Part shown: piece after piece, positions 50,040-61,715 of the stretch
How the letters are laid out: every line of letters starts with the position of its first letter
How positions within the stretch are numbered: position 1 is the first letter of the stretch
Assembly: GCA_030264375.1 (NCBI GenBank)
Contig: JASCQW010000162.1
Span: forward strand, 82,346,877-82,410,876
Source: Carcharhinus longimanus
Taxonomy: Eukaryota
Direction: 5' to 3'
Length of the DNA stretch: 64,000 nt
Notes under the pieces: generated by a model
What the model was told of the DNA's origin: nothing
The model's database searches: none
The model's input: the letters and a program-made list of their open reading frames with translations, nothing else
Program-made: the position numbers and the translations under genes

Positions 50040-50688
50040 GGCTCAACCATGTCGAATGAGGCTAGGAATGTTGCAGCGAGTGACCCACCTCCTGACTCCC
50101 CAGAGCCTGTCCGCCATCGACAAGGCACAAGTCAGGAGTGTGATGGAATACTCCCCACTTGTGTAGATGGGTGTAGCTCTGATACTCAAGAAGCCCAACC
50201 CCATTCAGCACAAAGCAGCCCACTTGATTGGCACCACATCTACAAACATCCAGTCTCCACCACTGACACTCAGTAACAGCAGTGTGTACCATCTACAAGA
50301 TGCACTGCAGCAATTCACCAAAGATCCTTCGTCAGCCCCTTCCAAACCCATGACCATTTCCATTCAGAAGGACAAATAAGAAGTCTCACAACACCAGGTT
50401 AAAGTCCAATAGGTTTATCTGGAATCACGAGATTCCGGAGCACGGCTCCTTCATCAGGCGAGCGGAGAGCGGGGTTTCACAAACACAGCATATATGTGTC
50501 GTTGTCTATACTGTGCCCACCTCGGTCCAACTCCACATCACAGAAGGACAAGGGTGGCAGATACATGGGAAAGAACCACCTGCAGGTTTCACTCCGAGCT
50601 ACTCACCATCCTGACTTGGAAATACATCATCGGTTCCTTCACAGGCCCTGTGTCAAAATCCTGGAATTCTCTCGTGAATGGCATTGGG
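50040..50688 (+). mobile_element. 3' fragment of the APE-RT LINE family, interrupted by a Penelope piece (50376-50540)
   Basis: IQHKAAHLIGT...VYHLQDALQQ; CAGAAGGACAA at 50365-50375 and 50541-50551 flanks inverted pLTR pieces. Confidence 0.8.
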
Positions 50689-51256
50689 TGGCACAGTGGG
50701 TTAGCACTGCTGCCCTCACAGCGCCAGGGACCCGGGTTCGATTCTCAGCCTTGGGGGTCACTGTCTGTGCAGAGTCTAAAGTTTATTAACGTGTATTATT
50801 TATTATTCACAAGGCTCACATTTAACACTGCAATGAAGTTACTCTGAAATTCCTCTCGTCGCCACAGTCCGGTGTCTGTTCGGGTCAATCCACCCTAACC
50901 AGCACGTCTTTCAGACGGTGGGAGGAAACCAAAGCACCCGGAGGAAACGCACACAGACTGTGATCCAAGCTGGGAATCGAACCCAGGTCCCTGGCACTGT
51001 GAAGCAGTGCTGCTAACCGCTGTGTAACCGTGTCGACAGTCTGCATGTTCTCCCCGTGTCTGCGTGGGTTTCCTCCCGGTGCTCCAGTTTCCTCCCACAG
51101 TCTGAAAGACGTGCTGGTTAGGGTGCACTGCCTGTGCTAAATTCTCCCTCAGTGCAACCCGAACAGGCATGGAGTGTGGCAACTAGGGGATTTTCACAGT
51201 AACTTCACTGCGGTGTTAATGTAAGCCTACTTGTGACACTAATAAATAAACTTTCA
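50688..51256. mobile_element. B-tail SINE (+) with a second B-tail SINE inserted antisense (50778-51037)
   Basis: Head at 50688-50777; body resumes at 51038 with AGTCT duplicated. Confidence 0.85.
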
Positions 51257-51329
51257 CTGTATTCCCGGGACAAACAGCCTAACACCACGTTGCACTGGTA
51301 TACTCCAGTTCTTAATGTGTGGCTCAGAC

Positions 51330-51680
51330 ACAAATAACAAAGGGAGGAATTGGAGAACCATCATCGTCACTCGGGAAAACGTACTGAGTCAACTATTGGG
51401 ATTGAAGGCAGACAAGTCCCCAGGGCCTGATGGCCAACATCCTGGCATCTTCACGGGAATGGTGTTGGGGACAGCGGATCCATTGTTGACAACATTCCGA
51501 AATTCCCTGGATGTGGGAATGGTTCCAGTGGGTTAGAAAAATGTGAACATAGCGCCCTGATTCAAGGAGGGAGGCAGGTAAGATGTAGCAAGCTGTCGGC
51601 CTATTGGGTCTGTTGTGGGGACATTGATCAACTCCACTGTAAAAGAAGTAATAATAACAGGACATTTACAAAGTCTCAAT
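51330..51680 (+). mobile_element. CR1 RT N-terminal fragment
   Basis: ENVLSQLLGLKADKSPGPDGQHPGI. Confidence 0.8.
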
Positions 51681-51944
51681 TCTGGAAAGTTAAGTTGTTC
51701 ATAGTAATGGTGATGGGGGAACCATCGACAGTGTCCATAAGAACTCGACTGGTTCACTCGAGGGAGGGAAATCTGCCATGCTTACTCGGTCTGACCTGCA
51801 GATGGTTACACACACACACCCACACACACCCCACCCTGGATGACTCTGAAATGGCCCCACAGGCCACATCATTGTAACCAACAACTATTCACACCTTGAT
51901 GGAGAGAGCTTGACTGATTGCTGCTCCCCACTCCCCTCCTGCAC

Positions 51945-52380
51945 TCATAACTCAAGACTGCAAGGAACGACAGAAGGTTGTCAATGTCGCGCAGTCCATC
52001 ACGCAAACCATCCTCCCATCCATTGACCCTGTCTACACTTCCCGCTGCCTCGGGGAAAAGCAGCCGGCATAATCAAGGACCCCACTTACGTCGGACATTC
52101 TCTCTTTCACCTACTTCCTTCGGGAAAAAGATACAAAAGTCTGAGTTCACGTACCAACCAATTCAAGAACAGCTTCTTCCCTGCTGCTGTCAGACTTTTC
52201 AATGGACCTACCTTGCACTAAGTTGATCTTTCTCTACACCCTAGCTGTGACTGTAACATTACATTCTGCACCCTCTCCTTTCCTTCTTTGTGATCAGTAT
52301 GCTTTGTCTGCATAGCAAGCAAAAAAACACACTTTTCACCATATGTTAATACACGTGACAAAATAAATCACGTCAAATTA
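51945..52380 (+). mobile_element. Rex1/Babar 3' end
   Basis: ctcaagactgcaaggaacgacagaaggttgtcaatg...aagaacagcttcttccctgctgctgtcagac...gtgacaaaataaatca. Confidence 0.8.
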
Positions 52381-52414
52381 ACACTGATCTTTGCGGTCTC
52401 TTCAGTCACCAGCC

Positions 52415-52572
52415 TGGACATTCTTGGACACTAAGGGGCAATTTAATGTGGCTAATCCATCTAACTTTTACATCTTTGGACACAAAGTGGCAATTTAGCA
52501 TAGTCAATCTCCCTAACCTGCACATCTTTGGACACAAAGGGGCAATTTAGCACGGCCAATCTCCCTAACCTA
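52415..52572 (-). repeat. About three tandem 52-bp SINE-derived units
   Basis: ttggacac-aaggggcaatttagc...aatc-c-ctaacct-cacatct repeated three times. Confidence 0.85.
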
Positions 52573-52829
52573 CTGTGTCTACACTTGCACGTTCCTCCTG
52601 GTGTGCCCAGTTTATTGGGAAATGTCCAGTTTATTGGGCTCTTTACCTTTTAAACCGGTACCATCCTGCACAGAGATCATCATCACACATCATCGAGCTG
52701 CTGGAACACTCAGTCTCTCGGCAATCTGTGCTTCTCCAGGTATCGTTCAGGACGGTGTGATTGACACACAAGTCAGTGACTGAGAGACAGAGGCATGTTT
52801 AATGTTAATGTAAAGTATAGTTCATGCTA

Positions 52830-53435
52830 AACATAGAAACACAGAAACTAGAAGCAGGAGGCCATTCGGCCCTTTCAACCTGACCCACCATTCATTTTGA
52901 TTACGGCTGATCATCAAATTCAATATCCTGATTCTTCCTCCTTCCCCCCACCGTATCTCTCGATCCCTTTAGCCCCAAGAAGAATATCTAATTTCTTCTC
53001 AAAATCACACAGCAGTTCAGCCTCAACTACTTTCTGTGGGGGTGAATTCCACACATTCACCACCCTCTGGGTGAAGAAATTTCTCTTCACCTCAGTCCGA
53101 AAAGGTGTACCCCTCATCCTTAAACTGTGACCCCCGAGTTCTGGGCTCCTCCCACCATCGAGAACATTCTTTCTGAATCTACCCTGTTAGAAGTATATAA
53201 GTTTCTACGAGATCCTCTCTCACTTTCTAAACTCCTGTGATTTTATTCCTAATCGACTTAGTCTCTCCTCATATGACAGACCTGCCATCCCAGGAATCAG
53301 CCTGGAAAACCTTCGCTGTGCTCCCTCTGTAACAAGGAACATCCTTCCTCAGATAAGGACACCAAAACTGCACACAATACTCCAGGTCTGTCCTCACCAA
53401 CACCCTGTACAATTGGAGTAAAACATCCCCATTCA
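52830..53435 (-). mobile_element. CR1 3' end
   Basis: LLQLYRVLVRTDLEYCVQFWCPYLRKD; FRTEVKRNFFTQRVVNVWNSPPQKVVEA. Confidence 0.9.
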
Positions 53436-53445
53436 ATGAAGATAA

Positions 53446-53985
53446 AAAGATTTGTAGGTTAAGTGGATTAGCCATGCTAAATTGCCCCTTAGTGTCCAAA
53501 GATGTGCAGGTTGGGTGGATTGGCCATGATAAATTGCCCCTTAGTGTCCAAAGATGTGCAGGTTGGGTGGATTGGCCATGCTAAATTGTCCCTTAGTATC
53601 CAACGATGTGCTGGTTAGGTGGATTAGCCATGCTAAATTGCCCTTTAGTGTTCAAAGATGTGCAGATTAGGTGGATTGGCCGTGCTAAATTTAATTTATT
53701 TGATTTGATTTATTATTGTCACATGTATTCACATAGTGAAAAGTTATGTTTCTTATCCAACAAAGTGCTGGTTAGGTGGATTGGCCATGCTAAGTTGTCC
53801 CTTAGTGTTGAAAGATATGAAGGTTAGGTGCATTAGCTATGCTAAATTACTGCTAACTGTCCAAACATGTGCAGACTAAGTGGATTGGCCATGATAAATT
53901 GTCCCTTAGTGTCCAAAGATGTGATAATGTGGATTGGCCATGCTAAATTGTCCCTTAGTGACCAAAGATGTGCAGGTTAGGGGGA
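53446..53985 (+). repeat. Tandem array of about 9.5 x 52-bp HE1 internal units
   Basis: Unit aaagatgtgcaggttaggtggattggccatgctaaattgccccttagtgtcc; interrupted at about 53691-53755 by a Rex1-type 3' tail. Confidence 0.9.
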
Positions 53986-53987
53986 TT

Positions 53988-54239
53988 CATAGAATCATAG
54001 AACCCCACCGTGCAGAAAGAGGCCCTTCGGCCCATCGAGTCTGCACCTACCAGAATCCCATCCAGGCCCTACCCCTATATCCCTACACATTTTACCCGCT
54101 AATCCCTCTAACCTAAGCATCCCAGGACAGTAAGGGGCAATTTTTTAGCATGGCCAATCAAGCTAACCCACACATCTTTGGACTGTGGGAGGAAACCGGA
54201 GCACCCGGAGGAAACCCATGCAGACACGAGGAGAATGTG
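53988..54239 (-). mobile_element. Young HE1-like SINE abutting a gap
   Basis: catagaatcatagaacc tail; ggactgtgggaggaaaccggagcacccggaggaaaccc. Confidence 0.9.
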
Positions 54240-54759
54240 NNNNNNNNNNNNNNNNNNNNNNNNNNNNNNNNNNNNNNNNNNNNNNNNNNNNNNNNNNNNN
54301 NNNNNNNNNNNNNNNNNNNNNNNNNNNNNNNNNNNNNNNTTCTAAACTCTGAGTACAGACCCAGAGTCCTCAAACATTCCTCATACGATCAGAGAACCTT
54401 CTAAATATGGCCTGACTCCTTTTAATGATAAGAATACTTTCTGCAGTGAGTTATTATCTGGAAAGTACAACCTGAAAAAATGGTGAAAGCAAATGCAGTA
54501 TTAACTTCAAAAGGGCATATAGCCAGAACAGGCCTCCAACTTTGCTGTGTCAGGACCAGGAAATTATGTCAATGCCAGGGTCCTGGCATACGAGTTTCTG
54601 GCAAAGTATAATCTGCATGTCCTGATTTTAGCTTATTATAATTCAGGTCAGAAATTCCCAAGTGTTTAATGAAGTCTGCCTGGGATCATAAATTTTGCAC
54701 TTTGAATTTGGTTAGTGTGAGCATGAGAAATTTCATTTTGGGTACAACTCCAACCAGTG

Positions 54760-55408
54760 GAGAGTTCCCCTTTTGATTCCAATTGATTCCTATTTAGCTA
54801 AGGCTCATTGATGCCATACTTGGTCAAATGCTGCATTGATGTCAAGGGCCATCACTCTTACCTCTGGAATTTAGCTCTTGTGAACCAAGGCTGTAATGAG
54901 ATCAGGAGCTGAGTGGCTCTGGTGGAATTCAAACTGACTAGCTCCAGGTTATTGCAAAGCAGGTGCCACGTGATCACTTAACTAATAATCGAGAGAATTA
55001 GATTTCTCCTACTTTGTGTATAGGGCACTTCTCTTCATTGCTGGGCAGATTTGGCTAAAGGCACCACAAGTTCTGGAGCACAAGTCTTCAGTGTTATTGC
55101 TGGAATATTGTCAAGGCCCATAGCTTTGGCGTTATCCTGTGCTTTCAGCCGTTTCTTGCCATCGTTGCATTAAATTGACTGAAGACTGGCAACTATGATG
55201 CTGGGGACCACTGAACGAAGCCAAAATTGATGGATTTCATTCTAATGAAGGACATTAATGAAGCAGATGGGTTTTGTGATGATGCTTTCATGGTCATCAC
55301 AAGACTTTTAATTTGCCATAGCAGGATTCAAACCCAGGTCCCCAGAGCATTACCCTGGGTCTCTGGATTACTAGTCCAGTAACAAAGCCGCTATGCCACC
55401 ACCTTGCC
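54760..55408 (-). mobile_element. Internally deleted APE-RT LINE copy carrying the tRNA-like head
   Basis: RT pieces matching 25770-26290 (ttggtcaaatgctgc; gctggaatattgtcaaggccc) run into the 5' body at about 55235-55312 and the tRNA head at 55313-55408. Confidence 0.8.
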
Positions 55409-58400
55409 ATGAGTTTTTAAAAACACTTTTAGGAATAATTTGCAATGATTGCTTTCCTGTATGAAGTTTTCTGTGTTAATTGTAGTAAACCTCACATCAA
55501 CATTGCTACATTCTTCTAACTTCACTAAATTGTCATCCACGACTTTGTATTCAAATCTGTGGAGTTGAATGTGTTCTTTTCTCTATAATTCATTGCCCCC
55601 CACTGCTCCCCTTCAATCGTTTCAAACTCTGCTCCATCCTGGAAAGAAGAAGCCTGAACACTAGACAGCCAGACTATAAAAAATTGTTTTTTTTTCAGAA
55701 TGAGACTCGCTTGTCAATGTTTAAAAAATATATGACCTATTTTGATGCATTACACACCTAAAAATAAATACGGCCCCATCTGTTTAAATGGGTTTGTGAT
55801 CTGCTTTGGAGGATGAATCTTGCTGCTAACATTTCTGCAAAGTTGACAACTCCATTAAGAGGCGATAGGAGCAGATGTGTGTTAGAAAATAAGGTAGCAC
55901 TTGGCTTTCTTTCTCCAAACACTAATTTTAATCAATGATTTGAGATTGTGTTCCTTTTTCTTGTAATTGGATGGGACTAAAAGTGCAGGAAATGTTCGCT
56001 GTGCACCTAACATATAAACAAATACAATAAGTAAGACCAGGAATCTCTCTTTAAACATGTGCAAGAGCAAAACTAAGCTAAATATTTGAATGCTTTTCTT
56101 TTCCAAGTGATTATAGGACCTGTGCAGCAGGTTGCTGGCTTGAATAGTGATCCCACATTCTCTGCATTCATTTGGGTGAGAGTAGGACCTCTTTCTGACT
56201 GGGTCTTATATGAGGAGAGAGCTGTTAAAGTTGATCAGGACCACAGTGGATTCCTGGATTTGTCAATTGGCTAATGGGACTGAAGAGAAAAATCTGGATT
56301 TTTCACTGTCAGGATGACTCAGTAGCCCTTTAATAATGGCGTGCTGTTCCAGATTCTGGATTCCCAACCCCACTTCTAGGCTGTATCATTTTTCTGGCAT
56401 GCTTCTTAAAGGATGCAGACTGGTTCTAGTCAAAAGTCCACAGCTGGCCAGCTCCGTTGCAGAGATGAACATTTCCTACTCCAATTGTAATGGAGTTGGG
56501 CCAGGTCTGTAAAGAGTTGTTTCACAATCCCTTGAGAGGAACCATGAACCCTAAAAGGTGAGCTGGTAAAGGTCATAGAATCGTCCAGTGCAGAAGGAGA
56601 TGATTTGGCCCACTGAGTCTGCACTGGTTGTCATCCTCTTGCTACCTCCATGCCAAATTCTACCCCCCACCACCCCCCCCCACCCCATGTATTAAGCCCT
56701 GCCCACCATCACATGGCCCCTCGTGTTTCCAGTCGCACATTATGGTACTCCCATACCCATTGATCCACGGTTCACTTTATAGACAGCAGGATGTGCTTTT
56801 TAAAAAAAGCTTTAAAAGGTTCATCATAACGAGCTATTTTTTTTCACTTGAAAGCCACTACCAGTGTCAATCATCCAGAAAGTATCAATAACAAAAACCA
56901 CAAACCCTTCAAACCACTTGATCTTGTGTATAGTAGAATGAACAGTGGTGTCGGGCAACGTGAAGCCAATGTAGAACTGCAATCACAGATGAATGGGACT
57001 AGGTGCAGAAAAAATTATGGGCTTAAGAGTTTTCACTCTGAAACCCAACCCATCCAAGGGTTTGAAACCAAGTTGAATTTTGTTAGTCTCACAGCTCCTT
57101 TGAAGATTATTCCATGGTTTCCCCATGACTTTGCACCCAATGTTCCAGTTGGGCAGCTGTACCACAGGAAATATGGCAATATGAAACCCTTTCACAATCC
57201 AGGGCCAGGGTGATTTTGCTCAAAAAGGCCATGTGTCCTGGAAGTTTCAGAATGGTGCTTGGCTCCTGTTCTGGGACAGATGGGGCAGCCTGGCGAACAG
57301 ACTTTGTATTCTCCATATGTTGAGTGAAACAGGAAGCATTTCCCATCAACCTGCAAGACCAACTCCAACTGTGGTCGTGTTGGGGGAAACAAGGTAGACA
57401 GAAGTCTCCCCTCTACTCTGCAGGAGGTGTAGGAGGAGGAGCGCCCTTGTCTGATAAGATTAAACAGCTCTTGGGGCTGTGCATTGCGAGGATCCCAAAG
57501 TGAGAAGCAACAACGAGGGTTCCTCACAACCCAAAGCGTAACTGGCCTTTCTGTCTTTAAGCTATGAACTGAAAGTTTACACATCCAGCTGTCTGGATGA
57601 TAACTGTGAAGCTAGATTTTCCACACAGTCCCCAGTCTTGCCCTTCAATCTCTCTAATCCACAGAAAAACTCTCATCCAGGTATTCTGTCTTTCACTGAA
57701 CCTTTAGAAAGATGGCACTATACAGCAAGGAACAAGGGAAGATATGTCTGTCTTGAACTCCTCAGTACAGATGTTCAAAACCGATGGCGTTCAGGGATTG
57801 GTTACGCCCTGTGTGGGTAAGATCCAAGAATGATTAAGGGTGATGTCAACTCTCATGGACAAAATCCCTATTGAACTGTTTCCAAATGCAATGCTCGACG
57901 ATTACCCCAGAGAGGCCTAAAGTTCCATATTTAATAAGCATCACACGGGTGTATCCTTTACACAGTTTCAATGTTCCTTTAATGATGTTCATCCTATCAA
58001 TATCTGGATAATCCTTGAAATTTATACCATTGGAATATCTGCAATAAGGGCAGACCCCATACCTGATTTATAATTATAGATTGAGTCACTTTATTGCCTA
58101 TATCTTCAGAATGCAAGAGAATTGATCAGATTTTCCTTGCTATATTTTCACTTTTCAAGCTAGCCAATTCAAAAATGGCCATTCTGACTTAATATATCAA
58201 GCCTTGCGTGTTCTCATAATGTAACGGGCACGACCGTAGTCATGGTGTGCAGCTGAAAACTATCAATTATATCATTTGTTATTCCAGTCCATATTTAAAA
58301 CACATTAAATATATTTTTTAAAATGACAATGCCATTTAACTTTAGCAATGTTGGGAGAAATAGTTAATTTAGTTAATTTTTGGAAAATGTTTCAAATGTT

Positions 58401-59508
58401 ATTGGATTTGCAAGAATCAAATAAAAGTGGACAATCAAGGAATATAGCCACGAAATAAAAAGACTGCGGGAAATACTAAACAGGTCTGACAGCAGCTGTG
58501 GGGAGAGAAACAGTGGGGCAAGAACATTGTAGCAAGTAGGTAAATATCCTTCAAATAGAGTAATTTGCAATCACGCTTGAGTGTCATCTATTTGTTTTTG
58601 TATGCTAAGATGTGGTTACAGGTCTTCAGTTTCTGCTCGTTGGTTTTTGGAGCAAACCACATCTTTTATTTAAGTTGATATGGAAGTTAGAGTACCAAAC
58701 TTTCTGTTCACTTTTTTAATAAGTGCCAGGAACACTTGCTGTTTGGGATCAATGCTGTAATTCCTCTGCAGGTTTTCCTATGGTTCATTGGAAGAATTCT
58801 CGTCTGTCCAACACCAAGACGTTCTTATTCTGTTCTTTCCCTTTTTTCCTCGAAGATGCTACCACTTCTCAGATCTTTGTTTAAAAAAAAGATGGCCAGT
58901 ATAACAGTGGGGCAAGTTGCACATGCACGGCAAAGGCAGACTTCTAATTTTGCAGGCCTTTGTGATGGTACAAAAATTAGACAGGATCCTTTGGGCACAA
59001 GGACGCAAATGGGTAAACTTGATTTTTTTGTAACATTCTATGGAACTGAAATCCAATCGTAGGAAGTGGAAATAGCAGTACACTATACAGTTCCTTAAGC
59101 ACTTCCTAAGATCTTTTATTCTTCAGTTTGGGGCACAATTCCTTAGAAAATTAAAGGTGTTTTTTTTCAAGTTTCTTTCAGTAACTCATCAGGTTATACC
59201 CAGGTGGTAAATTAGCACAGCAATTTAAAAATGCTTGTTTTATGATGAACCCATTTTCAACTGTATACACCAAATGTTATCACTCTGAAAAAACTTCCTT
59301 GATATATTTAAATAAAACAGGAGCTAGATTTAAAATAAATACCTATTTTAAAATGCTGCCTGGGTTTGGGTTGGTAGTAGATTTTGTGTTCAGCCAGAAA
59401 GTGAGTCTGAGCAGGGACTTGGATGGGGAGGGCATGTACTTTTTCGAACTGTGCCAGGTTTTCTCTGCAATTGCATTCAAAACGGAAAACTCGACCTCAC
59501 AGTCTCTC

Positions 59509-60335
59509 AATCCTTTTGATTAGTGGGGAGTAATTGAACTGTACAGACCAGGAGGCAATCACGTTTCATTCTTGCTCCCTGGTGAGTTAACTAGTCTCCC
59601 CTGGAGTGACAGTAAGAGGCATTACTATTGGCTTCAGCTGCCACTCCTGAATGGCCATTGATTACTTTTGGAAGCGTATACGCGCAGTATTGGATAAGGA
59701 GAGGATCAGGATCTGCTGTAATACAGACTAACAGCACTCACTATCTACAAGAAAGTCAAGTAAGAAGTTGCATTTATATAGCATTTTTCACCACTTCTGC
59801 CCCCCCCACAAACTCTTTTATAACCAGTGAGGTGAAATTGACTGCCCTTCGCATCAATGCCATATTTCACCAAGTGTGGCATCAAAGAGCTCTTGCAAAA
59901 CTAGTCAATGGGAACTGGGGGGAGAAAACTCCCAGCTGGCTCGCGTCATACTGAGCACAAAGATGGTTGTGTTGGATGGAGATCAATCATCTCAGCCATA
60001 GGATATCACCGTAGGAGTTCAAGTAGTGTCCTAGACCTAACCATCTTCAGCTGCTTCAATAAATGCTGGAGTAGCCAACAATATCTACATCCCTTGAATG
60101 AATAGAAAATATAATTACTGAAGGAAACACAATAGCTAATTGTCCCAGAAACAGCAATTAACTGGCTGACCAGATCATTGTTATTTTGGGGATTCATTAA
60201 AGGATAAATATTATGTATAGCACATGACTGTCTGAATAATACTGTGGGATTGTTCATGTTTTAATCCTTTTGATTAGTGGGGAGTAATTGAACTATACAG
60301 ACCAGGAAGCAATCCCATTCCATTCTTGCTCCCTG
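59509..60335 (+). repeat. 73-bp direct repeat pair (59509-59581 and 60263-60335)
   Basis: aatccttttgattagtggggagtaattgaact-tacagaccagga-gcaatc...cattcttgctccctg present twice with a few substitutions. Confidence 0.85.
59880..60103 (+). mobile_element. LINE RT piece fused directly to the family's 3' tail
   Basis: gtgtcctagacctaaccatcttcagctgcttCAATaaatgctgg...acatcccttgaatgaat. Confidence 0.65.
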
Positions 60336-61655
60336 ATAAATTGAAGGTATAGACAGTGCTTGGATTAACAAGTCAACCTAAGCAGTCACATGGTAGAACA
60401 GACATTTTTGTTCCCTTTTTAATCAATGCTGGCCGCAGAATGTAAGAGACAGTAGAAGCAGAAAGGGCGGTAACACAGTGATGTGAATCATGGCCCCTGG
60501 TGCTTTGCCTGTTTCCAAGTCCCTTATCTATCTTCACTCCTCCATTATTCCTGTTTTTATATAGGTTTATCAAAACCTCTTGGATTTTGTATTCTTGACT
60601 CTTTGTTTATAAAGCCCATCGAAAGTTCAGCTTTCTGTTTTCTTTACAACCATGTCAGACAATTGCACACAATTTGGTCATGTATTATGCAACCAACTCG
60701 ACTTTGAACCTCAGCCTTTTGTGATATCTGGACACTAACATCCAAAAGACTTGAACCTCAAGCACCACAAACAACAATCCCCTGTATAAATGAGAATATC
60801 TTGAGGGTGATCACCCATTACAGATTTTCAGGGACTGTCCTACAATTTAGCTTTTTGTCCTGTCTCACAGGTCAGGTATTCTCAGAGTGGAATTTGGCCT
60901 TTGTGTCTTTTTGCATGTAGTAATTTGGTGGTTTGAGTTCAGGGTTGTGCAGTGGGTAATCAGCCCTCACGTGCCTTTCTATTAATGATTTATACTTTTT
61001 AATCTACTTGCTAATGAACAGCAAATTGCTTAGGATTCAGAAATGGAGTAAGTGGTTGAAGTGAAGTGAAATTGTAATTGAAGGTATGGGACACATTACT
61101 CTAAAAATTCATTCTTTGCCAAATCTCTGTCGCCTAATTTTGAGCTTGTATCAATACCAATAATACTGATCTGGAAGGCAGAATTTGCGTTAAGTATTGG
61201 TGTTGCTGAGAGCTGGTGAGGAACCTTCTTTTTCCTGTTCTGCTTCAAGCATGAAATTCAAATCAATCTTCAGGGTCTGCATGCATCAAACTGCAGCCCA
61301 GCTCACATGCAGACAGTGCTCCCTTGCATGTACTCAATCAGCAAGCCATTATGTGGCTTTGAAGACAGCTCAATAAAAGAACAAGCTGTATCCTTGGAGA
61401 TGTTGTTGTACTACTCCAGATGTTCACTATCAAAAAACAATTTGATATTGGAAATGTGCCATCAGTGGCTAGAATATACAATTCCTGCTGTCTGCAACAC
61501 CTGGTAAGATAACGAAAATGCTGAGCCCTGTGTCTGATGCAGTTCTGAACTTGGCTGACTTTGGCTCCCTTAGAAAACAATGGCAAACTCAACGCCTACT
61601 TATTAGGTTTGTGACGTCTTGCAGGAAAGGGAGGAAATCAGTTGGCATATCCTAC

Positions 61656-61715
61656 CTGTGCTGGTTCTTTGGCTGAGCTATCCTCGCTCTTCCGTTCCTC
61701 CTTTTGCCCTCTTAG
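61656..61715 (-). CDS. Candidate 60-nt exon, unknown gene (LRGQKEERKSEDSSAKEPAQ)
   Basis: Minus strand ctttcacttcactttgtttgaaaag|CTAAGA...GCACAG|gtagga; purine-rich; only phase 0 is open. Confidence 0.3.

Noticed and set aside
50426-50460. Active hammerhead (also 32665-32700 and 974-1002)
   Set aside because: Core or stem positions are mutated (GAAA to GGAA; CTGATGA to CTGAAAA; no clear stems I and III at 974), so these are probably inactive.
53446-53985. CRISPR-like regular array
   Set aside because: Units are contiguous with no unique spacers, derive from a SINE, and no cas genes are present in this vertebrate DNA.
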